The position numbers and the translations under genes are program-made. A DNA stretch of 64,000 bases from Candidatus Eiseniibacteriota bacterium (GTDB lineage Bacteria > Eisenbacteria > RBG-16-71-46 > CAIMUX01 > VGJL01): positions 82,631 through 146,630 of the forward strand of contig JAXDAY010000015.1 of the NCBI GenBank assembly GCA_034679345.1, given 5' to 3'. The notes beneath the pieces are model-generated. The model saw only the letters and a list, made by a program, of their open reading frames with translations, had not been told where the DNA came from and made no database searches. Below, piece after piece: positions 46,859 to 56,358 of the stretch (position 1 is its first letter; each line of letters opens with the position of its first letter).

Positions 46859-47449
46859 ATGAAGCGTGGAACACTGATCGCGGTCGGGATCATCGCCGCA
46901 CTGGCCGTTCTGATCCTGGCAGTCGTGGGGTATGTCCAGGGAACCTACAACGATATCGTTCGCAAGGATGAGACGGTCAAGGCGTCCTGGGCCCAAGTGG
47001 AAACGGTCCTCCAACGGCGGCTCGACCTGATCCCGAATCTGGTGGAGACGGTGCGCGGATATCAGATCCACGAACAGGAAGTCCTCATCCAGGTGACGGA
47101 GGCCCGGGCGAAAGTCGCCGGCGCGGGGGCGATCTCCGATCAGATCGAGGCCAACAACGAGCTGTCTTCCGCGCTGAGCCGGCTGCTGGTCGTGGTGGAG
47201 AACTACCCGAATCTCAAGGCGAACGAGAACTTCATGGCTCTGCAGGACGAGCTGGCCGGGACCGAGAACCGAATCAGCCAGGAACGGCGCCGCTACAACG
47301 AATCCGTGCGGGACTACAACGTCCGGGTCCGGTCGTTCCCCGCGAACATCATCGCGGGGATCTTCCACTTCCAGGCCGCGGCTCCGTTCGAGGCGGCTCC
47401 CGAAGCGTCGACGGCGCCGAAGGTCGATTTCGGAACGGGGTCGCGCTGA
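46859..47449 (+). CDS. lemA: LemA family protein
   Basis: N-terminal TM helix, then YNDIVRKDETVKASWAQVETVLQRRLDLIPNLVETV...ENYPNLKANENF..LQDEL.GTENRI..ERRRYNE.VRDYN. Confidence 0.9.
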   Translation: MKRGTLIAVGIIAALAVLILAVVGYVQGTYNDIVRKDETVKASWAQVETVLQRRLDLIPNLVETVRGYQIHEQEVLIQVTEARAKVAGAGAISDQIEANNELSSALSRLLVVVENYPNLKANENFMALQDELAGTENRISQERRRYNESVRDYNVRVRSFPANIIAGIFHFQAAAPFEAAPEASTAPKVDFGTGSR

Positions 47450-47475
47450 AGACGATCAGGAGGCCATGGAGAAGA

Positions 47476-47505
47476 GGCCCGGATCCAAAGGGCTGGATCC
47501 GGGCC
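47476..47505. terminator. Perfect 11-bp inverted repeat hairpin between convergent genes (possible bidirectional terminator)
   Basis: GGCCCGGATCC-aaagggct-GGATCCGGGCC, located between the lemA stop (47449) and the stop of the minus-strand gene (47534). No clear U-tract. Confidence 0.45.
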
Positions 47506-47533
47506 GTGATGCGAGAGGGGACGGAGGGGGAAT

Positions 47534-47968
47534 CTATGTGTTCAGGGCGAGGAAGCAGTGCCAGCCGACAACGCCCAGGAACATGACGAAGATGAGGGCC
47601 AGGCCGGGCCGAACGAGGGGAAACTGCTTGTGCGCGCCGAGGAACCACAGGCCGATCGCCGAGACGCCGAGCTTCACGACGAGGAACATCGGCTCGCTGC
47701 GCCCGATCAACTCGTCCATCAGGGGGTTCAGCTCGGAGCCGCCTCGCTGGAGATGCGCGAGGGTGAGATAGGCGTCGAGCACCTGGAAGAGGAAGATCGT
47801 CAGCAGGAGCAGCCAAGTGCCGGCCCCCAAGCGATCGACGTAGTAGTTCGGGGGGTCGTCGAGCCGTCGGCACGACGTGCGCCGGCCGCCCCACAGGGAG
47901 TGGCGGCTCAGGAGGGGAGTCGGACGCGATCGGCGATCGACCCCAGCGCGGCGGTTCCATGTCGTCAT
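47534..47968 (-). CDS. Small membrane protein, DUF5658-like
   Basis: Arg-rich N-terminus with DRR repeats, then LDAYLTLAHLQRGGSELNPLM and three to four TM helices. The family assignment is from memory. Confidence 0.55.
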   Translation of the reverse strand: MTTWNRRAGVDRRSRPTPLLSRHSLWGGRRTSCRRLDDPPNYYVDRLGAGTWLLLLTIFLFQVLDAYLTLAHLQRGGSELNPLMDELIGRSEPMFLVVKLGVSAIGLWFLGAHKQFPLVRPGLALIFVMFLGVVGWHCFLALNT

Positions 47969-47994
47969 TTGTTTACTATTATAGAGACGAATTG

Positions 47995-48813
47995 ATGGCT
48001 ATGGCAAGGCACAACCTTCAGGACTTCGGTCGGGATCCGGCTCTCTCGGTGAAGGTCGGGGAGTTCCGGTACGGAACGCACATCGCGTTGCAGGGGATCG
48101 ACTTAGAGATTGAAGGCGCTGGGATCTGCGCCTTGGCCGGACCCAACGGATCCGGCAAGTCGACGCTTCTTCGGCTCGCTGCAGGGCTCCTCGACGGGCC
48201 TGAAGTCGAGGTCCGGGTCCTGGGCTCGCCCATTCGGGCGCTCTCCGACCGGGAGCGGGCTTCCCGTATGGCATGGGTCCCTCAGCGCGCCGATCCTGTC
48301 TTCGCGATGAGCGTCTCCGAGATGGTCCGGGTCGGCCGATACCGGCACGGTCGAGGCAGGTGGGCGGATCGGTCAGAGAATTCGGCGGTCGCCGGGAGCC
48401 TGCGCGCGGTCGGGCTGGCAGAGCTTGGGGCGCGTGAGGTCGATACCCTCAGCGGGGGAGAATGGCAGCGGGCTCTCCTGGCGCGCGCCCTCGCCCAGGA
48501 GACCCCGATCCTCCTTCTCGATGAACCGGTGGCCGGGCTCGATCTTCGCCACCAGGAGGAGGCCTATGGGCTGTTCCGGCGGCTGGCGCGAGACGGGAAG
48601 ATCGTGGTGCTCGCCGACCATCACATCGAGCTCGCCGCGTCCTACGCGGATCGGCTGATCCTCCTTCGCGAGGGGCGCCTCATTGGAGATGGTCCTCCGG
48701 CAGAGATCCTCACATCGACTCGGATCGCTCATGCCTTTGGAGTGTGCGTCGACGTTTTCCCGGATCCTGTTTCGGGATCGCCCCGCCTATCGCGGCCCAG
48801 GGTGTCGGAATGA
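47995..48813 (+). CDS. ABC transporter ATP-binding protein (FecE/BtuD-type iron-siderophore/cobalamin importer family)
   Basis: Walker A GPNGSGKST, Q-loop, signature LSGGEWQR and Walker B ILLLDEP. The start at ATG 47995 is preferred because 47969-47994 is AT-rich and promoter-like. Confidence 0.9.
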   Translation: MAMARHNLQDFGRDPALSVKVGEFRYGTHIALQGIDLEIEGAGICALAGPNGSGKSTLLRLAAGLLDGPEVEVRVLGSPIRALSDRERASRMAWVPQRADPVFAMSVSEMVRVGRYRHGRGRWADRSENSAVAGSLRAVGLAELGAREVDTLSGGEWQRALLARALAQETPILLLDEPVAGLDLRHQEEAYGLFRRLARDGKIVVLADHHIELAASYADRLILLREGRLIGDGPPAEILTSTRIAHAFGVCVDVFPDPVSGSPRLSRPRVSE

Positions 48814-49772
48814 GGCGGTCAACACCATTCGGCACCATTATATTATTAGTGTCATTAGGTGTAGCTGGAAATCATGCGCCATGCGCAGGGATTCCATCCC
48901 TTGAAGATTCAGTTGATTGCGTGATTGACGCATTCGGATACACCTATATATGCCAAAATGAAGCGTCCCGAGTGATCTCGTTGTCACCTAATATCACCGA
49001 AATGGTCTTTGCGCTTGGGATTGATCCGCGCCGCATTGTCGGGGTGACCCGCTACTGCGATTACCCGCCGGTCGCTCAGTCCATCGCCAAGGTGGGAGGC
49101 ATTGTCGACCCGTCTGTCGAGGTGATCTTTGCCCTCCACCCGGACCTCGTCCTGGCCACGCGGGGAAATCCGGTGTCGGTGATCGACCGCCTGCGGAGCG
49201 CGGGCGTGCCGGTCTTCGCGTTCGACTCCCAGACCGGACTCGAGCAGATTCCGCGCACCATGAGGACGCTCTCGCGAATTCTCGGCGGGGTGCAAGCCGA
49301 GGGTCTCGGGCGGATCGATTCGCTCCTCACGGCGCTGGAATGCTATGGGCGACTGGCTGAGTCGGTTCCCCCCGGAGAGCGGCCCAACGTCCTCTACTAC
49401 GATCCGCTCTCGCCCGACTGGACGGCGGGACCTGGAACCCACATCGACGAGGTGATTCGCCTGGCCGGGGCGCGCAACCTCGCGAGCGACTCGCCGGTGG
49501 CCTGGCCCAAGTACTCGCTCGAAGCGCTTCTTGCCCGCCCGCCCGACTGGATTCTGGTCGCACTGCCCGGAACCGGAGGGCCAAGTCGGGAGGAAATCCT
49601 CAAGCAACTCCGAGATCGGCCCGGTTGGAGGAGCCTGCGCGCGCTCCAGGAGGGTCGCATCTGCTGCGTCCCCGCGGATCCCCTCATGCGACCCGGCCCG
49701 CGGACCTTGGGGATGGTCCGGCTCCTCGGAGAGTGCCTCCATCCCCGCCAGTCATGGGAGTGTAGTCCGTGA
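48810..49772 (+). CDS. ABC transporter substrate-binding protein (class III, BtuF/FecB-like)
   Basis: ATGA overlap with the ATPase stop. Signal peptide, then RVISLSPNITEMVFALG, IVGVTRYCDYP and PDLVLA motifs. Confidence 0.85.
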   Translation: MRRSTPFGTIILLVSLGVAGNHAPCAGIPSLEDSVDCVIDAFGYTYICQNEASRVISLSPNITEMVFALGIDPRRIVGVTRYCDYPPVAQSIAKVGGIVDPSVEVIFALHPDLVLATRGNPVSVIDRLRSAGVPVFAFDSQTGLEQIPRTMRTLSRILGGVQAEGLGRIDSLLTALECYGRLAESVPPGERPNVLYYDPLSPDWTAGPGTHIDEVIRLAGARNLASDSPVAWPKYSLEALLARPPDWILVALPGTGGPSREEILKQLRDRPGWRSLRALQEGRICCVPADPLMRPGPRTLGMVRLLGECLHPRQSWECSP

Positions 49773-50755
49773 GAGTCCGCCCCGGGTGGACCATCCCTGG
49801 CTTCGTGGGAGTATTCAGCCTCTCGCTGCTGATCGGCGCCGCCGGGATCGGTCCGGGAGAGATCGTTCGTGGTCTCCTCGACGGGAGCCATCCTTCCTCC
49901 GTCGCGATTCGTGCGCTCGTCCTGGACCTGCGGCTTCCACGTGCCGTCCTTGCGGCGCTCGTCGGGGGGGCCCTCGGGCTGAGCGGAGCGCTCCTCCAAG
50001 CTTACTTCCAGAACCCGATGGCCGGGCCCTATGTCGTCGGGGTGTCGAGCGGGGCCGGGCTCGCCGCCGTCACGGTAGGCCTCATCTACGGTTTCGCGTC
50101 TCCCCCCACGGCAGTCCTCGCCGCAGCGGCCTTCGCGGGGGGCACCCTCGTCGTCGCCGCGGTCGCGTCGCTTGCGCGAGTGGGACGTTCGGGGCGCACC
50201 GAGACGCTGCTCCTTCTGGGACTTGCAGTCGCGGCGGTCTGTTCGGCCACGACATCGGTCTTGCTGCTCCTCTTGCCGAACGGGCCGGAGGGGGTTCTCT
50301 TCTGGCTGCTCGGCAGTCTCGCGGGCGCCAGTTGGGGGGGGGTCTGGTTGATCGCCATTTCGCTCGCAATTCCCCTCGCCTTTGCGTTGGGGGGAGCGCG
50401 AGATCTGGATGCCATGTTGTGGGGCGATGAGACGGCGAGGAGCGTCGGCGTCCCCATCGCGAGATTCCGGACCATGCTCCTTGCTGCGGCGACGATTCCG
50501 GTCGCTGCGTCGGTCGCGCTCTGCGGCGTGATCGGGTTTCTCGGGCTCATGGTTCCCCACCTCGCCCGCGGGCTGGTAGGTTCGACCCATCGGCGGCTCA
50601 TTCCCATGGCAGTGGCGCTGGGCGCCATCTGGCTCATGGCGGCCGATCTCGTCGCCAGGGTCATCCTCGCCCCCACTGAAGTCCCGGTGGGAGCGATCAC
50701 CTCGGCGGTGGGAGCGCCGTTTCTGGCTTGGATTTGTCTCAGGAGGAGGTCGTAG
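49769..50755 (+). CDS. ABC transporter permease (FecCD/BtuC family)
   Basis: 328 aa with about 9 TM helices, LRLPRAVLAALVGGALGLSGALLQ and a C-terminal GAITSAVGAPFL. Overlaps the SBP stop. Confidence 0.9.
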   Translation: MRVRPGWTIPGFVGVFSLSLLIGAAGIGPGEIVRGLLDGSHPSSVAIRALVLDLRLPRAVLAALVGGALGLSGALLQAYFQNPMAGPYVVGVSSGAGLAAVTVGLIYGFASPPTAVLAAAAFAGGTLVVAAVASLARVGRSGRTETLLLLGLAVAAVCSATTSVLLLLLPNGPEGVLFWLLGSLAGASWGGVWLIAISLAIPLAFALGGARDLDAMLWGDETARSVGVPIARFRTMLLAAATIPVAASVALCGVIGFLGLMVPHLARGLVGSTHRRLIPMAVALGAIWLMAADLVARVILAPTEVPVGAITSAVGAPFLAWICLRRRS

Positions 50756-51976
50756 GTGGGGCTCTTCGGGTTCAATGCGGAAAAGAAGCTGGCGAAAGCG
50801 CAGGAGCAGCTCGCGCGAGGGTTCTTCTACGAGGCGCGAGCCGCGTTCGAGGAGATCCTCAAGCGAGAGGACGTGGTCGGGGGGCTCCGCTCCCAGGCAG
50901 CGGAGGGATGGCGCTCGGCTCGGCGGGCGATGATGGATCAGCAGATGGAGGAGGCCGGCCGGCTTCTCCAGGCGGCGGAAAGGGACTCGGCGATCGAAAG
51001 TCTGCGCACCGTGTTGGAGATCGCGGAGGACGACCTCGATTGCAGCGAGGCGAAGGCGGTTCTCGCCAAGCTCCAGGAGGAGACCGAAGGGCCCGAGGCG
51101 ATCATGAGAACGCTCGAGATCCCACCGGTGGCTGCGGTCCAGGCGGTCGTCGACGAGAGCGCCGATGGCCCCGTCTTCGGAGAGTCCCCCGACGACCTGA
51201 TGGAGGTCTATCTCGGGCCGCTTTCGGAAGAGATCGCTGAAAGGTACCGGAGCCTGGGAACCGAGTTCCGGGATGCCTTCCTCTCGCTGCAGCAGGGCGA
51301 TCCGCAGGATGCGGCGCGGCGATTCGAGGCGATACCCGACGATCGGCAGACCGATCCGTTCATCCGGCTCGAGCGCGGCCAAGCGCTCCTCCTGCTCGAT
51401 CGCAACGAGGAGGCGCTCGAATCGCTGCAGGGAATCGAGCTTCCGGCGCCGCTCGAGCGTAGGCGGGCCGAGATGTCGACGATCCTCCTGGACCGCCTCG
51501 GCAGAAGAGACGAGGCAGAGGCCGAGGCGCGGCGCCTCTACGCCGCCCACCCGGGGGAGGCGGACATCGCGGTCTTCTTCTCGGACATTCTGATCGGGCA
51601 TGGAGTCTTCCAGGAGGCGCTCGACGCGCTCAAGCCATTCATCCCCGCGGGGGATCCCCCTGAGGTGATCCCTCTTGCGGCTCGAGCCTATCTGGGAATC
51701 GGAGATCTCCAGGAAGGCAAGGACCTCCTCGAGCAGGCGCTCGAGGTCTTCTTCCAGGGGCCCGGTATCGGCGGCAGGGCGCCGCGCTTTCCGGTGGCGG
51801 CAGCCCGCGAGCTACTTGGCCTCAGGATCCAGATGGATGCCGGACTGGAAGGCGTGCGGGCGCTGGCGCAGCATCTGATCCAGCACGATCCCGGCTCGAG
51901 CGAGACGTACCTCGAGGCCGTGCGTCGATACGCGGAGCGCAAATCCGCTGGGGCGGCCCCGCCGGAGGGAGAGTAG
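50756..51976 (+). CDS. Hypothetical cytoplasmic helical-repeat (TPR-like) protein
   Basis: 406-aa acidic helical protein whose GTG start directly abuts the permease stop. No catalytic motifs recognised. Confidence 0.55.
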   Translation: MGLFGFNAEKKLAKAQEQLARGFFYEARAAFEEILKREDVVGGLRSQAAEGWRSARRAMMDQQMEEAGRLLQAAERDSAIESLRTVLEIAEDDLDCSEAKAVLAKLQEETEGPEAIMRTLEIPPVAAVQAVVDESADGPVFGESPDDLMEVYLGPLSEEIAERYRSLGTEFRDAFLSLQQGDPQDAARRFEAIPDDRQTDPFIRLERGQALLLLDRNEEALESLQGIELPAPLERRRAEMSTILLDRLGRRDEAEAEARRLYAAHPGEADIAVFFSDILIGHGVFQEALDALKPFIPAGDPPEVIPLAARAYLGIGDLQEGKDLLEQALEVFFQGPGIGGRAPRFPVAAARELLGLRIQMDAGLEGVRALAQHLIQHDPGSSETYLEAVRRYAERKSAGAAPPEGE

Positions 51977-52032
51977 AGGCGCAACCGCAGGAACGACGGC
52001 GCCTCGACGGGCCCGAGGATGGCTCCACCCGT

Positions 52033-53766
52033 CTACCAATAGCTCTCCCAGTCGATCGCCCAGGTCGCCTCCCTGCGGAACAGAGCGGTCGCCGAATCGA
52101 GGATGCGCAGGATCGCGAAGGAGAATCCCCCCTGTCGGAGAGCCTCGAGCGGGCCGGGCGCCTTCGGGTAGTGCACAAACGCGACCTCCTCACTCGCGGG
52201 GATCCCGGCCTTCTTCTTCGCGATCTCCACCGCGGTGTCGAATCCCCCCAGCGTGTCGATGAGACCGTGAAGAATCGCTTGCTCGCCGGTCCATACCCGG
52301 CCCCGACCGACGGAGTCGATCTGAGCACGCGTGAATCCGCGCTTGGCGGCGATGTCGTCCACCCACTCGTAGTAGTCCTCCCAGTGTCTGCGCGCGAACT
52401 CGGCATACTCCTCGGGCGAGTAGTCGAAGTAGTCGGACTCCATGAGGGCGTGCGGTCCCCGGGTGACGAAATCCTTCGTCATGCCGAGCTTGTCGTAGAA
52501 CCCGCGCATGTTGAACTTCCCTGAGATCGACCCGATCGAACCGACGACGCTCAAGCGCCCGGCGACGAGCGTGCTACATGGGTAGGAGATCGTGTAGGCG
52601 CCCGACGCGGCCAGGTCGACCATCGAGACGACGACGGGCTTCACGCGCGAAGCGCGCTCCGCTGCGCGCCCGATTCGCCATGAGGTGGAGCTCTCCCCGC
52701 CCCCGCTGTCGACCCTGAAGACGATCGCCTCGACTTTCTTGTTCGAGAGCGCCTCACGGAACGCTTCCTCCATCGTCGCGGCGCCCATGGTCGTGCCTAC
52801 CGGAAAGACGACACCGCTCCTCTCTCCGGCGATCGTTCCCTGCGCGTGGACGATGGCGATCGTCTTCTTCGGACGGATGCCGACCTCATCGCGCTCGACC
52901 TTCGCGTAGCTCTGTCCCGTGACCATTCTAGGGCGGGGATCCAGGCCCTTGGGCGTCTTCCTGGCCGCTTTCACGCCGGGCAATCGGAGCAACGTCGACT
53001 CCAGCTCATCCCAATAGAGGAGGCGGTCGACGAGTCCGGCTTCGAGCGCCTCGCGCGGGACCATCGCCGGCCGGGAGAGGACCTGCGACTCCAGCGTGCC
53101 CGGGCCGAGACCGCGGCCCTCCTCGACCGTGCGCAGGAAGTTGGGGTAGTACGTGTCGATGATCCATTCGACGTTCGCGCGCGACTCGGGGGAGAGATCC
53201 TTGCGCTGGAGGATTTCGGCGGCAGACTTGTACTTCTCGATGCGGTGGATGTTGTCCTTGATTCCGAGCTTCTCGAGGGTCCCCTTGATGAATGAGCGCT
53301 CGGTTGCGAAGCCGCTGAGCGAAACGTACCCATTGCGCATCAGGTAGAGGCTGTCGCAGGAGGATCCGAGGTAGATCGCGCGGTTCGTCAGGAACTCGGT
53401 ATATCCGATGACGGGCTTGCCGGCGCGACGCAGATCGTCGATCCGATCGCGCATCTCCTCCATCTTGCCGTAGCCGATCGACGGAGAGCCGAGTTTCAGG
53501 ACGACGGCCCGGATCCGCTTGTCGCGACGCGCCTTCTCGAGATTCTCGAGCAGCATCGTGTGCGTCATCGTCGTGGATCCGAACCCTGGCAACCCGCCCG
53601 GCTCCGTGTACTCAGGAAGAGAGCCGTCGATGGACTGGATGAGGACGCTTCCGGACTCGATCTTCGGAGTCTCCTTGGCCTTCGTCGCGACGACCACGAC
53701 GAGGATCAGGACGATCAGAAGATCGGCCAGGAGAACAGCGATCAAGGTGCGCAGGAACGACTTCAT
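52033..53766 (-). CDS. sppA: Signal peptide peptidase SppA, 67K type
   Basis: N-terminal TM helix and two tandem S49 domains (VVLKLGSPSIGYGKMEE; IVFRVDSGGGESS...VVSMVDLAASGAY). Confidence 0.9.
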   Translation of the reverse strand: MKSFLRTLIAVLLADLLIVLILVVVVATKAKETPKIESGSVLIQSIDGSLPEYTEPGGLPGFGSTTMTHTMLLENLEKARRDKRIRAVVLKLGSPSIGYGKMEEMRDRIDDLRRAGKPVIGYTEFLTNRAIYLGSSCDSLYLMRNGYVSLSGFATERSFIKGTLEKLGIKDNIHRIEKYKSAAEILQRKDLSPESRANVEWIIDTYYPNFLRTVEEGRGLGPGTLESQVLSRPAMVPREALEAGLVDRLLYWDELESTLLRLPGVKAARKTPKGLDPRPRMVTGQSYAKVERDEVGIRPKKTIAIVHAQGTIAGERSGVVFPVGTTMGAATMEEAFREALSNKKVEAIVFRVDSGGGESSTSWRIGRAAERASRVKPVVVSMVDLAASGAYTISYPCSTLVAGRLSVVGSIGSISGKFNMRGFYDKLGMTKDFVTRGPHALMESDYFDYSPEEYAEFARRHWEDYYEWVDDIAAKRGFTRAQIDSVGRGRVWTGEQAILHGLIDTLGGFDTAVEIAKKKAGIPASEEVAFVHYPKAPGPLEALRQGGFSFAILRILDSATALFRREATWAIDWESYW

Positions 53767-53864
53767 ATCTCCTCCTTGCGGTGGTCCCGCGATCGATGTC
53801 CGGCTGTGAGGTTAGCACGAACCTGCCTGGGACGACGCCGCAAAGGAGGGACGATGGAGGATCC

Positions 53865-55136
53865 TCAACCCCTCAGGAAGAGCAGGTCCACCAGGACGAG
53901 GAGCGGCACGAGGATTCCGATCGACCAGAGCATGTATCCCAGGAATGAGGGCATCCGGATCCCGCGTTCTTCGCAGATCGACTTGACCATGAAGTTGGGG
54001 CCGTTGCCGATGTAGGTCATCGCCCCCATGAAGACCGCTCCCAAGGAGATCCCGCGCAGGACCAAGGTTCCTTCGGGATGGGAGGACAAGGTCAGGAGCG
54101 CCTGCCCCGACTCGGCGGGAATGTGGAAGACGCCGAGCGCCACCGAGCTGAAAGAGAGATAAGTGGGAGCATTGTCCAGGAAGGAGCTCAGAATCCCCGT
54201 CGCCCAGAAGAACTGCGCCGGCGTCCGCACGCCGAGCGCATCACCCTTGGCCTCCAGGATCATCAATGCGGGAGCCATCGTCACGAAGATTCCAATGAAG
54301 AGAATCGCCACCTCCTGGATCGGGTAGAAGGTGAATCGATTTCGCTCGTGGAGCGTCTTCGGAGTCGCGACAAAGGAGACGACCGAGAGAACGATCATCG
54401 CGACCTCGCGCCAGGGCGTCGGCAACCAGAGGACCGCAGCAAGGACGCCCGCAAACGCGAGGAAGTTCGCCTCTCCGCGGATTCGCAGGGGCTCTTGCCG
54501 CACGCGATCGAGGATGATGGAGAGTCGCGGCTCCTGGCGGAAACGTGTGGAGTCGATGACGTAGAAGATCGCGAGAGTGGCGCTTACCATCAGCAGCCAC
54601 TCGGGCCAGAGCTGGAAGGTCCAGGTGAACGGAACCCCGCGGAGAAAGCCGAGGAAGAGCGGCGGATCGCCTAGCGGAGTGAGGCATCCTCCGATGTTGC
54701 TCACGAGGAAGATGAAGAAGATGGGAATGTGAAGGACATGGACCCGCTCCTCGTTGGTCCGGAGGAGCGGGCGCAGGAGGAGCATGCTGGCGCCGGTGGT
54801 TCCGACGATGTTCGCGATCAGGGCCCCGACGAGGAGGAATGTCGTGTTCACCAGCGGAGTCGCCTTGAGATCCCCGGTGACGAGGATCCCACCCGAGATG
54901 ACGAAGAGAGAGCCCAGCAAACAGATGAAAGAGACATACTCATGCAGGACGTGGAAGAGCTCCTGCTGCGCCTGAAGGAGCATGAAGACGGCGATCGGCA
55001 GCCCGAAAAGCGCCGAGACGATGGCCTTGCGGCGGAGCGACTCCCACGCGTGCGGGGCGACGAGGGGGAGCAGGGCGATCGAGAGCAGCATCCCCACGAA
55101 GGGGATGAGGAGACTCAAGGGCAACGATTCGTGCAT
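53865..55136 (-). CDS. ArsB/NhaD-superfamily permease (often annotated sodium:proton antiporter)
   Basis: About 12 TM helices and motifs such as GGCLTPLGDPPLFLGFLRGVPF. The start is taken at ATG 55136 (MHESLPLSLLIPF). Confidence 0.7.
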   Translation of the reverse strand: MHESLPLSLLIPFVGMLLSIALLPLVAPHAWESLRRKAIVSALFGLPIAVFMLLQAQQELFHVLHEYVSFICLLGSLFVISGGILVTGDLKATPLVNTTFLLVGALIANIVGTTGASMLLLRPLLRTNEERVHVLHIPIFFIFLVSNIGGCLTPLGDPPLFLGFLRGVPFTWTFQLWPEWLLMVSATLAIFYVIDSTRFRQEPRLSIILDRVRQEPLRIRGEANFLAFAGVLAAVLWLPTPWREVAMIVLSVVSFVATPKTLHERNRFTFYPIQEVAILFIGIFVTMAPALMILEAKGDALGVRTPAQFFWATGILSSFLDNAPTYLSFSSVALGVFHIPAESGQALLTLSSHPEGTLVLRGISLGAVFMGAMTYIGNGPNFMVKSICEERGIRMPSFLGYMLWSIGILVPLLVLVDLLFLRG

Positions 55137-55222
55137 GCGGTAGCTCCGGTCGGCGGTTGTTCTCAAGTGCTTTGCTTGGCGGAGGATACCCGTGTGCTCC
55201 GGGCGAGGCAAGCGATCCCCGC

Positions 55223-55255
55223 CTTCACCGGATCTTCATGCGGGCTTCATGCGCC
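55223..55255 (+). promoter_or_regulatory. Pho-box-like array: three 11-nt direct repeats
   Basis: CTTCACCGGAT CTTCATGCGGG CTTCATGCGCC in exact 11-bp phase, 119 nt upstream of the pstS ATG in the divergent spacer. Confidence 0.5.
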
Positions 55256-55373
55256 TCGGACGGGTCGGCCGGCAGCATCCCGATGAATGCACAGGAGAAC
55301 GAATCCACCCACAAGGGATCGGCCGGGCGGGGGCCCGGCGTCGACGCCCGTCTTCAGATGGAGGAATGACCGA

Positions 55374-56354
55374 ATGAGAAGCAGTCGCGTCGCGAACCTC
55401 GTTGCGGCACCGGTGATGCTCGTGATCTTGGTCGGCCTCGCGTCCGCCCAGGAGGCGATGAAGGTCCCCGACGAGGTCGCTCCCTATCAGCCGACGTCCG
55501 GCATCTCGGGGAGCCTGAGCTCCATCGGCTCGGACACGATGAACAACCTCATGACGCTCTGGCAGGAAGGATTCAAGAAGCACTATGCGAGCGTCACGGT
55601 CCAGGTCGAGGGGAAGGGTTCCTCGACGGCGCCGCCCGCGTTGATCGAGGGGACCGCGCAGGTTGGACCCATGTCGAGAGCCATGAAGCAGAGCGAGATC
55701 GACGAGTTCGAAAGGAGATTCGGCTACAAACCGACGGAGATCCGCGTTGCGCTCGATGCCCTCGCGGTCTGGGTCCACAAGGACAATCCCGTCAAGGGGC
55801 TCAGCCTTCCTCAGATCGATGCGATCTTCTCCAGCACTCGCAAAGGAGGATTGGCTTCCGACATCGCCGACTGGGGACAGCTGGGCCTGAGCGGCGATTG
55901 GGCGAGGCCGATCAGTCTCTATGGCCGCAACTCCGCCTCCGGCACGTATGGCTTCTTCAAGGATCACGCGCTTTTCAAGGGTGACTTCAAGAACAGCGTC
56001 AAGGAGCAGCCGGGATCCGCGTCGGTCGTGCAGAGCGTGGAGAACGACCGCTACGCCATCGGCTACAGCGGAATGGGCTATAGCACCGCCGGTGTCCGGG
56101 CGGTTCCGGTCGCGAGCAAGGAGGGCGGAGCGTTCGTGGCGGCGGACATCCAGCACGTTCTCGATGGGAGCTACCCCCTCGGGCGCTACCTCTACGTATA
56201 CGTGAACAAGGCTCCGAACAAGCCGCTGGAGCCCCTCCTCCTCGAGTTCATGAGGTTCGTGCTGAGCCGGGAAGGCCAGGAGGTCGTGATCAAGGACGGT
56301 TTCATCCCATGTCCGTCCAAGATCCTCTCGGAGGAGCTGAAGAAGCTCCAGTAG
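55374..56354 (+). CDS. pstS: Phosphate ABC transporter substrate-binding protein PstS
   Basis: ATG 55374 after GGAGGA. Signal peptide, then GSDTMNNLMTLWQEGF, GKGSSTAPPALIEGTAQVGPMSR and SGTYGFF motifs. Confidence 0.9.
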   Translation: MRSSRVANLVAAPVMLVILVGLASAQEAMKVPDEVAPYQPTSGISGSLSSIGSDTMNNLMTLWQEGFKKHYASVTVQVEGKGSSTAPPALIEGTAQVGPMSRAMKQSEIDEFERRFGYKPTEIRVALDALAVWVHKDNPVKGLSLPQIDAIFSSTRKGGLASDIADWGQLGLSGDWARPISLYGRNSASGTYGFFKDHALFKGDFKNSVKEQPGSASVVQSVENDRYAIGYSGMGYSTAGVRAVPVASKEGGAFVAADIQHVLDGSYPLGRYLYVYVNKAPNKPLEPLLLEFMRFVLSREGQEVVIKDGFIPCPSKILSEELKKLQ

Positions 56355-56358
56355 GGAT

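Noticed and set aside
49397-51601. A 734-aa minus-strand ORF
   Set aside because: It is antisense to the well-supported ABC permease and the downstream TPR-like gene. It is an Arg/Gly/Pro/Asp-rich low-complexity translation, so I treat it as a GC artefact.
51976-52005. A hairpin between the TPR-like gene and sppA
   Set aside because: It has only a 7-bp stem with a 16-nt loop and no U-tract, which is too weak to call a terminator.
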